Origin: Myxococcota bacterium
Lineage (GTDB): Bacteria > Myxococcota_A > Polyangia > Polyangiales > Houyiibacteriaceae
Direction: 5' to 3'
Length of the DNA stretch: 64,000 bases
Assembly (NCBI GenBank): GCA_039030515.1
Contig: JBCCEA010000013.1
Location: 1 to 64,000 of the forward strand
The notes beneath the pieces were generated by a model. The model saw only the letters and a program-made list of their open reading frames with translations, searched no databases and was not told the origin of the DNA. Positions 36,892-46,327 of the stretch are shown here, piece by piece (position 1 is the first letter of the stretch; each line of letters opens with the position of its first letter). The translations under genes were made by a program, and so were the position numbers.

Positions 36892-37787
36892 GCTGTACCC
36901 GGCTTGCTGATGTGTTTTTCGAGGAGAAGTCCGAGCTTATCCCAGGCCTCTTGACTGAATTGATTTGGGGACGTGAGGACTGCATGCCGCAGCGCGAATG
37001 AAGCTGGGCTCTTGCTCGGATCTGGGAGCGTCGAGAGCGCATGTTTTAGTACGGCCTGGGCAGTCTTGACATTGCTCCGGATCAGTTCGAGTACTGCTTC
37101 GACCGAGACTGAGCCGTGGTCGGCATGCCAGCAATCGTAGTCTGTCGCGAGCGCCATCGTTGCATAGGGGAGCTCTGCTTCCCGAGCGAGGCGTGCTTCA
37201 GGTAGGTTGGTCATCCCGATGACGTCGACACCCCAGCTACGAAAAAGGTCGCTTTCGGCACGGGTAGAAAACTGAGGGCCTTCGATACAGACGTAGGTGC
37301 CGCCTCGATGCGCTCGAACACCGGACTTGACCGCCGCGCGATAGAGGCAGTCCGAAAGCGCCTCATCCACAGGCTGAGCAAATTCCACGTGAGCGACAAC
37401 GCCTGCATCTTCGAAAAACGTGTTGGGGCGGGAGCGGGTCCGGTCGATGAACTGATCGACAAATACGAGATCTCCTGGCGCGATCGATTCTTTCATCGAG
37501 CCCACCGCAGAAACGCTGACGACCTGTCCGGCACCCAGCTTTTTTAGCGCCCAAATATTGGCGCGGTAGTTCACTTGATGAGGAGGGATATCGTGAAAAC
37601 GGCCGTGTCTAGGTAAAAACAGAAGCCGCGTCTGATTCGAGGACTCGGGCAGTTCGTCGAGAAGTATGCCGGATAGGATCGCGTCGGACGGGACTCCAAA
37701 TGGCGTTTCGAGACGGTGCTCCTTGACGTCTGCTAGTCCCTCCATCTTATAGAGGCCGCTGCCTCCGATCACCCCAAGCGTTCGCAA
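36888..37787 (-). CDS. mtnP: S-methyl-5'-thioadenosine phosphorylase
   Basis: GVIGGSGLY, RHG..PPHQVNYRANIWAL, DQFIDRT, EGPQFSTRAES, GMTNLPEA, TDYDCWH. Confidence 0.96.
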   Translation of the reverse strand: MRTLGVIGGSGLYKMEGLADVKEHRLETPFGVPSDAILSGILLDELPESSNQTRLLFLPRHGRFHDIPPHQVNYRANIWALKKLGAGQVVSVSAVGSMKESIAPGDLVFVDQFIDRTRSRPNTFFEDAGVVAHVEFAQPVDEALSDCLYRAAVKSGVRAHRGGTYVCIEGPQFSTRAESDLFRSWGVDVIGMTNLPEARLAREAELPYATMALATDYDCWHADHGSVSVEAVLELIRSNVKTAQAVLKHALSTLPDPSKSPASFALRHAVLTSPNQFSQEAWDKLGLLLEKHISKPGTA

Positions 37788-37896
37788 TCCGCGCCTCCCT
37801 CCGATATCGCCCGCCGCGTAGCATAGATCGTTGAATCCCGCTTGCTATCGGCCTCGCACATCGGGTGTGAGGCACGAGGTCTGCCTTACTTACACT

Positions 37897-38274
37897 CTAA
37901 GGAGAGACGGATCCTCGATAGGGAACACGTTCGATGATGAGGTCACGAGAGGGTTCTGTGCCCTGCTGGACCTGAAGCTTGACCTGCGTGCCGACCGGGC
38001 CACGGAGTCTTTCGATTGCCTCTTCCAGCACGAGATTACGAACCGGCCTGTGATCGATGGCCAACACACGATCTCCTGGGCGCAGTCCAGCCGAAGCCGA
38101 AGGCCCTGCGGGTACTTCGACAACGCGTAGGCCCGCCGCCTCTGACCACGACAGACGTGCGTGAATGCCGCCCGCTGGAGGTGGACCGCAGCTGACTTCA
38201 GCGGTAGCGACCAGAAAAACTAAGCAGAGCGGTTTTAATCGAAGGGCCTGCACTCTCTCAAACCTCTGGCTCAA
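37897..38274 (-). CDS. Small secreted or lipid-anchored single-PDZ-domain protein
   Basis: Hydrophobic N-terminus ending EVS|C; GGIHARL..RVVEVPAGPSASAGLRPGDRVLAID..LRGPVGTQVKL (CtpA-type PDZ). Confidence 0.8.
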   Translation of the reverse strand: MSQRFERVQALRLKPLCLVFLVATAEVSCGPPPAGGIHARLSWSEAAGLRVVEVPAGPSASAGLRPGDRVLAIDHRPVRNLVLEEAIERLRGPVGTQVKLQVQQGTEPSRDLIIERVPYRGSVSP

Positions 38275-38306
38275 ACCTCTGGCTCAAACCTCTGGCTCAA
38301 ACCTCT
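38257..38306. repeat. 13-bp tandem repeat CTCAAACCTCTGG, 3 full copies plus 1 partial, over the start of the PDZ gene
   Basis: Units start at 38257, 38270, 38283 and 38296. Confidence 0.95.
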
Positions 38307-38765
38307 AGTTCATCAACCTGCCGCCTAGAGCTACGGTGAAGCGCGATACGTGCTCTTCACGAGTCCTCCGACCCTGCAAAGCGGAACGCGACACAGTTTG
38401 CAAAGCCCGGCTACCGGAATTTCCCGACGCAAAATAGTAAGACCCTCTCACGGCACGATGGTTTTTCAGTCGTAGAAGGATTTTCTGAATAATATCCTAG
38501 CTGAGGTTCGAGCAAATCATGTTAATCTCTCGAAGCAACTGGCGAGGTACAGTGAGAAAAAGAAGGTCGGCCGCAACTTGTGGCGGTGCCCTTCTTTCTT
38601 AGGCTAACGTGTTGGGTCTCGGCCGGTGACCTGTAGCGAACAGAGTAGGCCTCAAAATAGTTTAGGGTGGACGAGGGAACACCGCTGCAATGGACATGAA
38701 CAGCTCGGCGGGTGCGATGCAGTTTCGGCGGATGACGGTGAACCATTCGGAGCGACGAAGGCAAG

Positions 38766-40484
38766 ATGTATAAGCTCGTCATTTCCGACGACGAAGGGAA
38801 GACGACGGTGGTCCCGCTTGTCCGAGATGAGATCACCATCGGACGAAAAGAGGGAAATATCATCCGTCTTACCGAGAGGAACGTCTCCCGCAGGCATGCG
38901 CTCCTGCAGCGGGACGGTGCGTCCTTCGTGGTGCACGATCTCAGGTCGTACAACGGGGTTCGAGTTAACGGTCGTCGCATGGAGAGCGAGTTGGCGCTCA
39001 AGTCTGGCGACACGATTGCAATCGGCGACTACCTGCTCGCCCTACAGCTCGAGTCGTCCGAGGAGGTCGGAGTGGGGATCGCTGTTTCGGACGCACCCTT
39101 GGCGCCGCCTAGGTTGGTGATGCTCACTCAGCCGGCGCCCGGAGCAGAGTTTGCGATCTCAGAGGGTTCCAGCAGAGTGGGCCGGGCGGAAGACCTGGAC
39201 ATCTGGGTGAACCACCGCTCCATTTCCCGAGAGCACGCCCAGATCACTCGTGAAGGGGACCGATTCAAGATCGAAGACCTCGGTAGCGCCAATGGAATCC
39301 GTCACAACGGCCGCGACGTTTCCGTGTGCGATCTGAGGTCGGGAGACGTTCTAGAGTTGGGGCAAGTTCGAATGCGGTTCGTCGGAGAAGATGAATCCTA
39401 CGTACTCGATCCGTCGAGCTTGGCGCAGCTGAGCGAGTCGGAGTACGACGATGCGTCTCGGGTACCGCTATTCGTGGCTGCGGGTATTCTCTTGGTAGCC
39501 CTGACCGTCAGCGCTGCGATCGCGGCGCTCGGCAGTGGCGGATCCCCACCAACCTCGAGACCGATCGAGGAGCCGCTGCAGTCGGACCGGACATCAGAAG
39601 GAGGCGGATCGGTTCAGCGGGAGGTGTCGCGGTCCGACTCGACTCCATCGAGGAGTGACTCTGCGAAAAGCCACCCGTCCAAGCAGGTGCCGAGACGAGA
39701 ATCTCGATCGCCCGAGACGCACCAGGCACTAAGCATCCTGAGGTCACGCTGTTCAGAGGCGCTCGATGCCTCCGAGCTGGATGTAGCGGAGGATGCAGCT
39801 GCGGAAGCTTTGGCAATCGCAGCCGACGACCGTGGAGCGCTGGAATGCCAAAGTCGGGTTCGCGCCCATCGAGTTTTTGATCGGGCCCTAGACTTGGCTC
39901 GAACCGATATCGACGCTGCCTTTGCAACGATGCTCGGTATTCCCGAAGACAGCGCTCTGCGTCAGCATCCGAAGAGCCTTGCCCTCGCCGGCGATTATGC
40001 GCAGCGTCACATGCGGCGTGGACGTCAAGTGCGGGCGAGCCGGAGTTGGCTTGCTCTAAGAAGAGAAGCTCAGAGCGTGCTCACCGCAGATGCGTCCTTT
40101 TCGGGCTCGGTGACGGAGGGCGATCGGGTGCAGGCTCAGCTGTGGGAACGCCGCGCCAGGCGTGAAGTCGGCGTACTCGCGCGTCAGGCCGAATTCCGGG
40201 ATCCGCCTCCCAACAGTCCAGCCGTTCCGCAAATCTCAGCGCGTTCCGACGAATCCGCAATGGAGCGAGCTCGCTCCTGCTTGCTTCGAAGCGATCATCA
40301 GTGCGTCATACGCACGCTAAAGGGCCGCACAGGTGCAAGTGAGTTGGCGCTGCTGGTAGCAACCTACCGGCAAGTGGGAGATACCCAACGAATGCGTCAG
40401 GCGATGCAGCGATACTTGAGCCTCTACCCAAGGACGGATACGGCGACTCAGTACCGAGGTATCCTTGAACGCTTGCGAAACTGA
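38766..40484 (+). CDS. Tandem-FHA membrane protein with periplasmic helical/TPR-like C-terminus
   Basis: FHA1 IGR..VSRRHA..SYNGV; FHA2 VGR..ISREHA..SANGI; one TM segment (LFVAAGILLVALTVSAAIAAL). Confidence 0.9.
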   Translation: MYKLVISDDEGKTTVVPLVRDEITIGRKEGNIIRLTERNVSRRHALLQRDGASFVVHDLRSYNGVRVNGRRMESELALKSGDTIAIGDYLLALQLESSEEVGVGIAVSDAPLAPPRLVMLTQPAPGAEFAISEGSSRVGRAEDLDIWVNHRSISREHAQITREGDRFKIEDLGSANGIRHNGRDVSVCDLRSGDVLELGQVRMRFVGEDESYVLDPSSLAQLSESEYDDASRVPLFVAAGILLVALTVSAAIAALGSGGSPPTSRPIEEPLQSDRTSEGGGSVQREVSRSDSTPSRSDSAKSHPSKQVPRRESRSPETHQALSILRSRCSEALDASELDVAEDAAAEALAIAADDRGALECQSRVRAHRVFDRALDLARTDIDAAFATMLGIPEDSALRQHPKSLALAGDYAQRHMRRGRQVRASRSWLALRREAQSVLTADASFSGSVTEGDRVQAQLWERRARREVGVLARQAEFRDPPPNSPAVPQISARSDESAMERARSCLLRSDHQCVIRTLKGRTGASELALLVATYRQVGDTQRMRQAMQRYLSLYPRTDTATQYRGILERLRN

Positions 40485-40524
40485 AGCGTCCCTCGCTTCG
40501 CCCGAACACCGCAGGCTCCATCCG

Positions 40525-40553
40525 TTGACAGCTGAAAAAATGGCGGGTTAAAT
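40525..40553 (+). promoter_or_regulatory. Candidate sigma70 promoter TTGACA-N17-TTAAAT
   Basis: Perfect -35 at 40525..40530 and 17-nt spacer; imperfect -10; lies just before ATG 40559. Confidence 0.45.
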
Positions 40554-40558
40554 GACCC

Positions 40559-42658
40559 ATGTCGCGGCGGAACCCATTGGAAACAATCAGCACATGCACA
40601 AAGGTGCGCGAGAGTCGAGCCGGTCAGATCGCTCGATTCCGGTCAGCTGTGGAATCGAGGACGAGCTCCTTTCGGTGTGTTGGCTGTTTCGAGCGGGCTT
40701 TCGTCTGGCTCGCTTTGCTTGTGATCGGGGCTGGATTTTTGGCCTGGGGTTTCCCTGCTCATGCGCAGTCAGGCGCCCTTGCTCGTGGCGGAATGGATGC
40801 CCATCTGTTTCGACCCGCCATCGATTCTAAAGGGCACTTCTCGGTCAACGGTACGGACATTATCGGTCACAAGGATTTCAGCTTTGGCCTGATGCTCGAC
40901 GCCGGATTCGGGCTGATCCCCTTCGAGGGATTCGAAGACGAAGACGGCACGCTGCGCGCAGATGCAGATCGCGTGGACCGCCTTGTCGAACAGATGTTCA
41001 CCGGCACGCTCCACTTCAATTTCGGATTGTTCAATCACCTTGTCGTTGGTGCGCAACTTCCGGTGGTCTTTGCGGGCGGGCCTGCAGTCGAAATTCCAGG
41101 GTTCTACAACGACAGCGACAGCCCCAGCGGAATCGACTATCAAGGGATCGGTAACGTTACGTTGCATGCAAAATGGCGCCTTGCCCGGTCGGAGCGAGAT
41201 CCGGTCGGTCTCGCAGCCATTGTGCATGTCGAGCTTCCCACCGGTTCCCCTTCGGAGTTCGTAGGCGATGGTTTTGCGCTGTGGCCGATGATGGCGCTGG
41301 AATGGCTTCCCGTGCGGCGCGTTCGCATCGGACTCAACCTCGGATATCGATTCAATACCGAGGACGGTCCTGAGCGATTCCCCTTTCACGGACGAACCGA
41401 ACCGACGGGCACGAGCGCGACCGTGGCGGAGTTGGTTCAGACGGGGGATCCGATAACCTACGACGACCTTCTGACCTTTGGCATGGGCGCTAGTTTCCGG
41501 GTGGCCAGACCTTTGGAACTCGTGCTGGAAACCTACGGGACACAGATCGCCACCGAAATCGGTGCGCGGGGTGGAACCTCGATGGAAGCACTTGCCGGAC
41601 TTAAGGTGTTCGTCCAGCAAAACAGCTTCTTGTTCCTCGGTGGAGGCGTAGGCATTCCGATCGACGGGATACAGACGGCCGACTATCGGGGCGTTGTCGG
41701 GATCGTTTTCGAGCCATCTATCGGAGATCGCGATGGTGATGGTTATCGAGACGATATCGACCGGTGCCCCGATAATCCCGAAGATTTTGACGGTTTTGAA
41801 GATGAAGACGGCTGTCCCGAGCCAGACAACGATCAAGACGGCATCCTCGACTTAGACGATGAATGTCCACTGATTCCTGAAGACTTTGACGGAGTTTCTG
41901 ACGAAGACGGTTGTCCCGACAGTGATGGTGGCGACCGAGATGGAGACGGCATTCTAGATGCCGACGACCTATGCCCCGATAATCCCGAAGATTTTGACGG
42001 TTTTGAAGATGGAGACGGCTGTCCCGAGCCAGACAACGATCAAGACGGCATTCCAGACGCCGATGACTTATGCCCCGACATGCCGGAGGACTACGACGGT
42101 TTCGAGGACGAGGACGGTTGTCCCGACGCCGACAACGACGGCGATCGAGTGCTCGATGCCGATGACGCTTGTCCCAGCGAGCCGGAAACCTACAACGGCT
42201 TTGAAGATGCCGACGGTTGTCCCGACCGCGGTACCGTTGTGATCGAGGAGAACCAAATCGTCATCTTAGAGAGAGTGTACTTTGAGACAAACAGTGCAGT
42301 GATTCAGAATCGAAGCAGTTCGCTGCTCGATGCGGTTGCCGCAACATTCATCGGTAACCCTCAGATTACCTTGATCGAGATCCAAGGACATGCGGACGAA
42401 CGATCATCAGATGCATACAACCTCCGCCTTACCCGCGGTCGCGCCGCTGCCGTGCTCGAAGCCTTGGTTCAGCTAGGCGTTCCTCGAAATCGTTTGCGAA
42501 GTGCCGGATATGGGGAACGATGCCCTGTGGATATGGGTCACAATAGACGGGCTTGGGAGCGCAACAGGCGGGTCGAATTCAAAATAATTAGCACTGTGGA
42601 TGGCCCGACCGATGTTGAAGTGGCATGCCCCGATGGACAAGAACTCATACCCGACTAG
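40559..42658 (+). CDS. OmpA-family outer-membrane protein with beta-barrel, thrombospondin type 3 repeats and OmpA C-terminal domain (TraB-like architecture)
   Basis: Signal ending AHA|Q; DxDGDG..D.CP..PED.DGFED.DGCP repeats; VYFETNS, IQGHAD, NLRLTRGRA, NRRVEF. True start may be downstream. Confidence 0.92.
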   Translation: MSRRNPLETISTCTKVRESRAGQIARFRSAVESRTSSFRCVGCFERAFVWLALLVIGAGFLAWGFPAHAQSGALARGGMDAHLFRPAIDSKGHFSVNGTDIIGHKDFSFGLMLDAGFGLIPFEGFEDEDGTLRADADRVDRLVEQMFTGTLHFNFGLFNHLVVGAQLPVVFAGGPAVEIPGFYNDSDSPSGIDYQGIGNVTLHAKWRLARSERDPVGLAAIVHVELPTGSPSEFVGDGFALWPMMALEWLPVRRVRIGLNLGYRFNTEDGPERFPFHGRTEPTGTSATVAELVQTGDPITYDDLLTFGMGASFRVARPLELVLETYGTQIATEIGARGGTSMEALAGLKVFVQQNSFLFLGGGVGIPIDGIQTADYRGVVGIVFEPSIGDRDGDGYRDDIDRCPDNPEDFDGFEDEDGCPEPDNDQDGILDLDDECPLIPEDFDGVSDEDGCPDSDGGDRDGDGILDADDLCPDNPEDFDGFEDGDGCPEPDNDQDGIPDADDLCPDMPEDYDGFEDEDGCPDADNDGDRVLDADDACPSEPETYNGFEDADGCPDRGTVVIEENQIVILERVYFETNSAVIQNRSSSLLDAVAATFIGNPQITLIEIQGHADERSSDAYNLRLTRGRAAAVLEALVQLGVPRNRLRSAGYGERCPVDMGHNRRAWERNRRVEFKIISTVDGPTDVEVACPDGQELIPD
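41765..42051. repeat. 80-bp near-identical direct repeat (41765..41844 and 41972..42051, one mismatch) in the TSP3 region
   Basis: TGCCCCGATAATCCCGAAGATTTTGACGG...CAAGACGGCAT occurs twice, 207 bp apart. Confidence 0.93.
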
Positions 42659-42706
42659 AGTACGTCCTTTCTCGAACAAACTAGCCCCGCGCGAAATTTT
42701 TTACTG

Positions 42707-43276
42707 ATGTCTGCTGATAGGTTTACGGATTGGGTAGGTGAAGCCATTGTCTCACTCCCACAACAAATGAAGGCAATGCTGCGTGTTGTGGATGACCCTG
42801 AGGTAGCCGACCAAGGGCGCGTTTTTGCCGCAGGCGCCCTGCTTCATGTGCTGGTTGCAAGCAATGCCATTCCAGGTATGCGGGGCATCCTCGCCTACGT
42901 GGATGATGTTCTGGTGATCAAGCTGGTACTGGAACGGCTTTGTGTGAGCGATGCCGAAGCCATGAGTGCCCATCGAGAGAGCTCTCCCGAGCTGTTCTCG
43001 GGACTCGAAGACCATATGGAGTCTGCGCGCGAGTATCTCGGTGAGCTCCTAACGCTGGTAGACAAAGCCGTCGACGACCTGCCCAAGTTGCAGCATCAGG
43101 GTCATACTCCGGGTCAGTGTGTGCACGATACGGACGGAGGCAACTGGCTCTACGATATCGTTCACGAAGCGATCGTAGAGCAATTTGAGTTCGACGAAGA
43201 CGAAGTGTATCGAGAAATCAAGCGCATCGATCAGATTCGAACCTCACTGCGATCCAGAGTGACCACGCCCAAGTGA
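42707..43276 (+). CDS. DUF1232 / YkvA-like protein
   Basis: AAGALLHVL...IPG...LAYVDD resembles the A.L.Y...P.D.IPD..G..DD pattern. Confidence 0.65.
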   Translation: MSADRFTDWVGEAIVSLPQQMKAMLRVVDDPEVADQGRVFAAGALLHVLVASNAIPGMRGILAYVDDVLVIKLVLERLCVSDAEAMSAHRESSPELFSGLEDHMESAREYLGELLTLVDKAVDDLPKLQHQGHTPGQCVHDTDGGNWLYDIVHEAIVEQFEFDEDEVYREIKRIDQIRTSLRSRVTTPK

Positions 43277-45093
43277 ACGCCTCTGCCGTCTGACCTCCGT
43301 GAAGCGATGCGTAGCTCACGGTTCCCATCGACGTCGCCTCGTTCGGTTTCCTGTTTCTTATTGGATGTGAGGCACTGCAGGATCTCGAGTAGCGAGGACA
43401 TGCGCTCCTTATCGAAGAGCAAAATCCACGCGCTGTGGTGCATTGAGTTGTGGGCAGGTGTCACTCGGGACGCCGTGGCTTGAGTCGTATTGAATTTGCC
43501 GCAAGTCACGAGGTTTTCGACGGCTAAGTCCGCCTCTGAGTTTTTGAGTGTCGTGAGGACGAGCACGCTTCGCCTGATGTAGCCGCCGGGACCAGTACGG
43601 TCGCCGTAGGCCACGTCGCAACGAATTAGCCCGCTTACTGCGGAGACTAGATGAATCTGGAGTCGAGTCTCCTGGATGTTGCCCTCTGACGTACGATGAA
43701 CGACCGGTAGTAGACAGAACTTCGGCGTGAGGCTGGTGATCGGTACGCAGAGCCTTTCGGCGACTGCGAGAACTCGCCGTAGTTTCTGCGCATTCGATGA
43801 GGGCAGTTGATGGTTTGTGCCTGTTGCCATCACCGGAGCCAGCAAAATCAAGGCCTCAAGAGGAGAAACGATCGCGGTATAGGATGACCCACCGTCATGG
43901 TGCATCGTCTCTTGGACCAACCACAGGAAGCCTAGAATCAAAAACCATCCGGCAGGTGACCAAAACGAGAACATCTCCAAGGAGCATTCGAGCCATCGGT
44001 GTTGCGAACGTAGTGAGCGAGGGGCCGCGACCCATTGGCCGTGCCGCGTCGTTTGCGCTGTCTTTGCGGTGCGCTGTAACGATAGACCGACGACACACAG
44101 CAGCAGGGCGAGCGATTCGAGCGGCAGTTCTATCCATAAAAAACCCGCTCCGATTCCTGCCGCGATAATTGCAACGGATCGCAGCAGGTTCGAAGGTAGC
44201 GGCAGCACGGGTCGGGCTTGTGCTTTTCGTTGCGTACAGGCGACCCAAAAGAGCAGCTGTTTGATGAGCGCGATGCCTGCGATCAGGGCGGCAGCGACGA
44301 AGGGGCTGATCGGCGATCGATCGTGATTGTTGTCGCTGGTATCGCGCTTCTGTCTCCTCTCGCGGTCCGCTGCGGCAGACGTTGTGTTTGATCCAAGCTG
44401 CCGTGCGGCAGCCTCCTCAGGCCAGTCGATCACCTCCGTGTCCGGCATGTTCAGTTCGAAGGGCCAAGCCAACGTGCGAGGCAGATGTGCACGCTCCCAT
44501 CGCAGCATCGTGCGCGCACCTGCGAGGTAGCGGCGCGGCTCAATTCGTCGTTCGCTGTCGCCTCTAGATACCTCCTCGGTGCCAAAAGGTGCAGTCATCG
44601 TCACGACCACGGTATCGAGTCCTGCTTTCCACCCCGGAAACGACCACCGCATGTGCACTGTACCCTTGTCTTCCATCCATAGGTTTCCGTTGCTGACCAG
44701 GTTTGCTCGGTACTGAAATCGAACGAGGTACACTCCTTTTCTAGGAGACCGATGTCGATCGAAGCTGAGGCTCACGCGACCGTCGGATCTCGTGAGCACA
44801 GTCGGACGGAACTTGTGCATGCCGTCTCGGGAGACCACGGACAGCGGTTTGCGGGTGTCGAGTCTGAGATCGGGGTCTAGACCGGCGATTTCCAGACCAT
44901 CGAGCCAACCTCGGCGGACCCGCACCAATAGAGACATGCTGACCGTGGCGACTCCGTCCGGCTCTATCTCGACATGGGCCTTCACGGTGCGTACTTCGGC
45001 TTCGGTCCAGGCTCGAGCGGTGGTGGGCGCGAACGTCAGAACGGATAAGGCCGCTACGGCAAGCGCTTTGGACCATGGCCACACCGCATTCAA
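43231..45093 (-). CDS. Membrane protein with signal peptide, periplasmic beta-rich N-terminal domain (DUF2207-like) and several TM helices
   Basis: Signal ending ARA|W; VKAHVEIEPDGVATV; hydrophobic segments in the C-terminal half. Confidence 0.7.
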   Translation of the reverse strand: MNAVWPWSKALAVAALSVLTFAPTTARAWTEAEVRTVKAHVEIEPDGVATVSMSLLVRVRRGWLDGLEIAGLDPDLRLDTRKPLSVVSRDGMHKFRPTVLTRSDGRVSLSFDRHRSPRKGVYLVRFQYRANLVSNGNLWMEDKGTVHMRWSFPGWKAGLDTVVVTMTAPFGTEEVSRGDSERRIEPRRYLAGARTMLRWERAHLPRTLAWPFELNMPDTEVIDWPEEAAARQLGSNTTSAAADRERRQKRDTSDNNHDRSPISPFVAAALIAGIALIKQLLFWVACTQRKAQARPVLPLPSNLLRSVAIIAAGIGAGFLWIELPLESLALLLCVVGLSLQRTAKTAQTTRHGQWVAAPRSLRSQHRWLECSLEMFSFWSPAGWFLILGFLWLVQETMHHDGGSSYTAIVSPLEALILLAPVMATGTNHQLPSSNAQKLRRVLAVAERLCVPITSLTPKFCLLPVVHRTSEGNIQETRLQIHLVSAVSGLIRCDVAYGDRTGPGGYIRRSVLVLTTLKNSEADLAVENLVTCGKFNTTQATASRVTPAHNSMHHSAWILLFDKERMSSLLEILQCLTSNKKQETERGDVDGNRELRIASRRSDGRGVHLGVVTLDRSEVRI

Positions 45094-45117
45094 CTTAGTC
45101 CGGCCGGTGCATGACGC

Positions 45118-46182
45118 CTAAAATTCGGCGATCGCCTCCCATGTGCCAATCCGGATCCAGCTCGGCATGAATAGCAAGACGAATAGAACGAGGCAGAGCC
45201 AAGCGAACCCCCTCCGCGTTCGGTCGAGTGGCTCGTCCCGCGTGGGAGGGTGTTCCGATCCTGAGAAGCGCGCCATGATCCAAAGCAGACCTGCCCAGAA
45301 TATCCAATGAAACCCTGCACTAAAGCTCGCCAACCAGCCGTCAAGAGTGCCGCTCTCGTCTTGCAGCGCGAAGAACATCCCCACGCCAAGACCCAGCAGT
45401 ACCAAGAACCGTCGTGTGTAGCTTGAGTATCGGTTCTGCACTTCGCCAAAGAGTGCGTAGGCGATATGCCCCCCGTCGAGCTGACCTACCGGTACGAGAT
45501 TGATCATCGTGACCAGGAGGCCTGCCCAGCCAGCGAGTGCGGTTGGGGTGAGCCAGATATCGTGACCCGCTGGAATCGGACCCTTGAGCCAGTAAATCAG
45601 TCCTGCATAGATCATCGAGTGACCCTCGATAAGGTACGTCTCCATCGGCCCGACCGTCCCGCTCAGGGCGCGAACCTCGGACTGATCGATACCCCAGATC
45701 ACGACAGGGAGGGCGACCAGTAATCCCGCGAGGGGGCCAGCGGCTCCTACGTCGAGGAGTGCGGCTCGTGAACGAATCGCTCCGCGCATGCGGATGACCG
45801 CTCCCATGGTGCCGAGCAAAAAGAAGGGCACCGGAATGAAGTAGGGTAGCGATAAATCGATGCGATGGTAGCGACCCGCGAAGTAGTGACCGAACTCGTG
45901 GCTCATCAAAATGGCCATCAGTGGAACCGAAAACACCCAGCCCTGCAGCAGTTCTAGCGTCGATTCGGGAGGACGCTCCAGCACCATCTGCGCTCCGACG
46001 AAGAGCGTGGACGCAAACGTAAGCGCGATGAGCAGTAAGGGTACGATCCAGCTGGATCGCGTCGCGTGATGCCGATCGGTGATCTGCTGTTCGGCTTCCG
46101 GCTGAGCGGGCACCTCTGGCCGCTCAGGCACTTCCGCGTCGTTGCCTGTGTCATCGTTTCTGTTTTTTGGAGTGTTTGGCAC
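45118..46182 (-). CDS. Site-2 protease (M50 family) zinc metalloprotease
   Basis: HEFGH, AAGPLAG, NLVPVGQLDGGH. Confidence 0.95.
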   Translation of the reverse strand: MPNTPKNRNDDTGNDAEVPERPEVPAQPEAEQQITDRHHATRSSWIVPLLLIALTFASTLFVGAQMVLERPPESTLELLQGWVFSVPLMAILMSHEFGHYFAGRYHRIDLSLPYFIPVPFFLLGTMGAVIRMRGAIRSRAALLDVGAAGPLAGLLVALPVVIWGIDQSEVRALSGTVGPMETYLIEGHSMIYAGLIYWLKGPIPAGHDIWLTPTALAGWAGLLVTMINLVPVGQLDGGHIAYALFGEVQNRYSSYTRRFLVLLGLGVGMFFALQDESGTLDGWLASFSAGFHWIFWAGLLWIMARFSGSEHPPTRDEPLDRTRRGFAWLCLVLFVLLFMPSWIRIGTWEAIAEF

Positions 46183-46327
46183 AAATCCTTACCTGCCTGC
46201 CTCGTAGCATGCGAAGCAGCAGAGCGTTTGCGGTGCTCCGCTCCTTTTGCTCGGTCTAGGCCATGCCAGCTTGCTTTTGGACCGAGGGTTGGCGTGAGTC
46301 TCTGTATACTGCGAAGCTAGAGCGATC

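Noticed and set aside
34610..38446. Shared 11-mer AGTAAGACCCT at 34610..34620 and 38436..38446 as a regulatory motif
   Set aside because: One 11-bp match among several kb of intergenic DNA is plausible by chance, and the flanks do not align.
40769..41836. 355-aa minus-strand ORF
   Set aside because: Antisense shadow of the OmpA/TSP3 gene with no recognisable motif. The same applies to most short overlapping ORFs in the track.
46177..46310. Sigma54 promoter candidates (TGGCAC, TGGCGT) in the divergent region
   Set aside because: No TTGC at the required -12 spacing.
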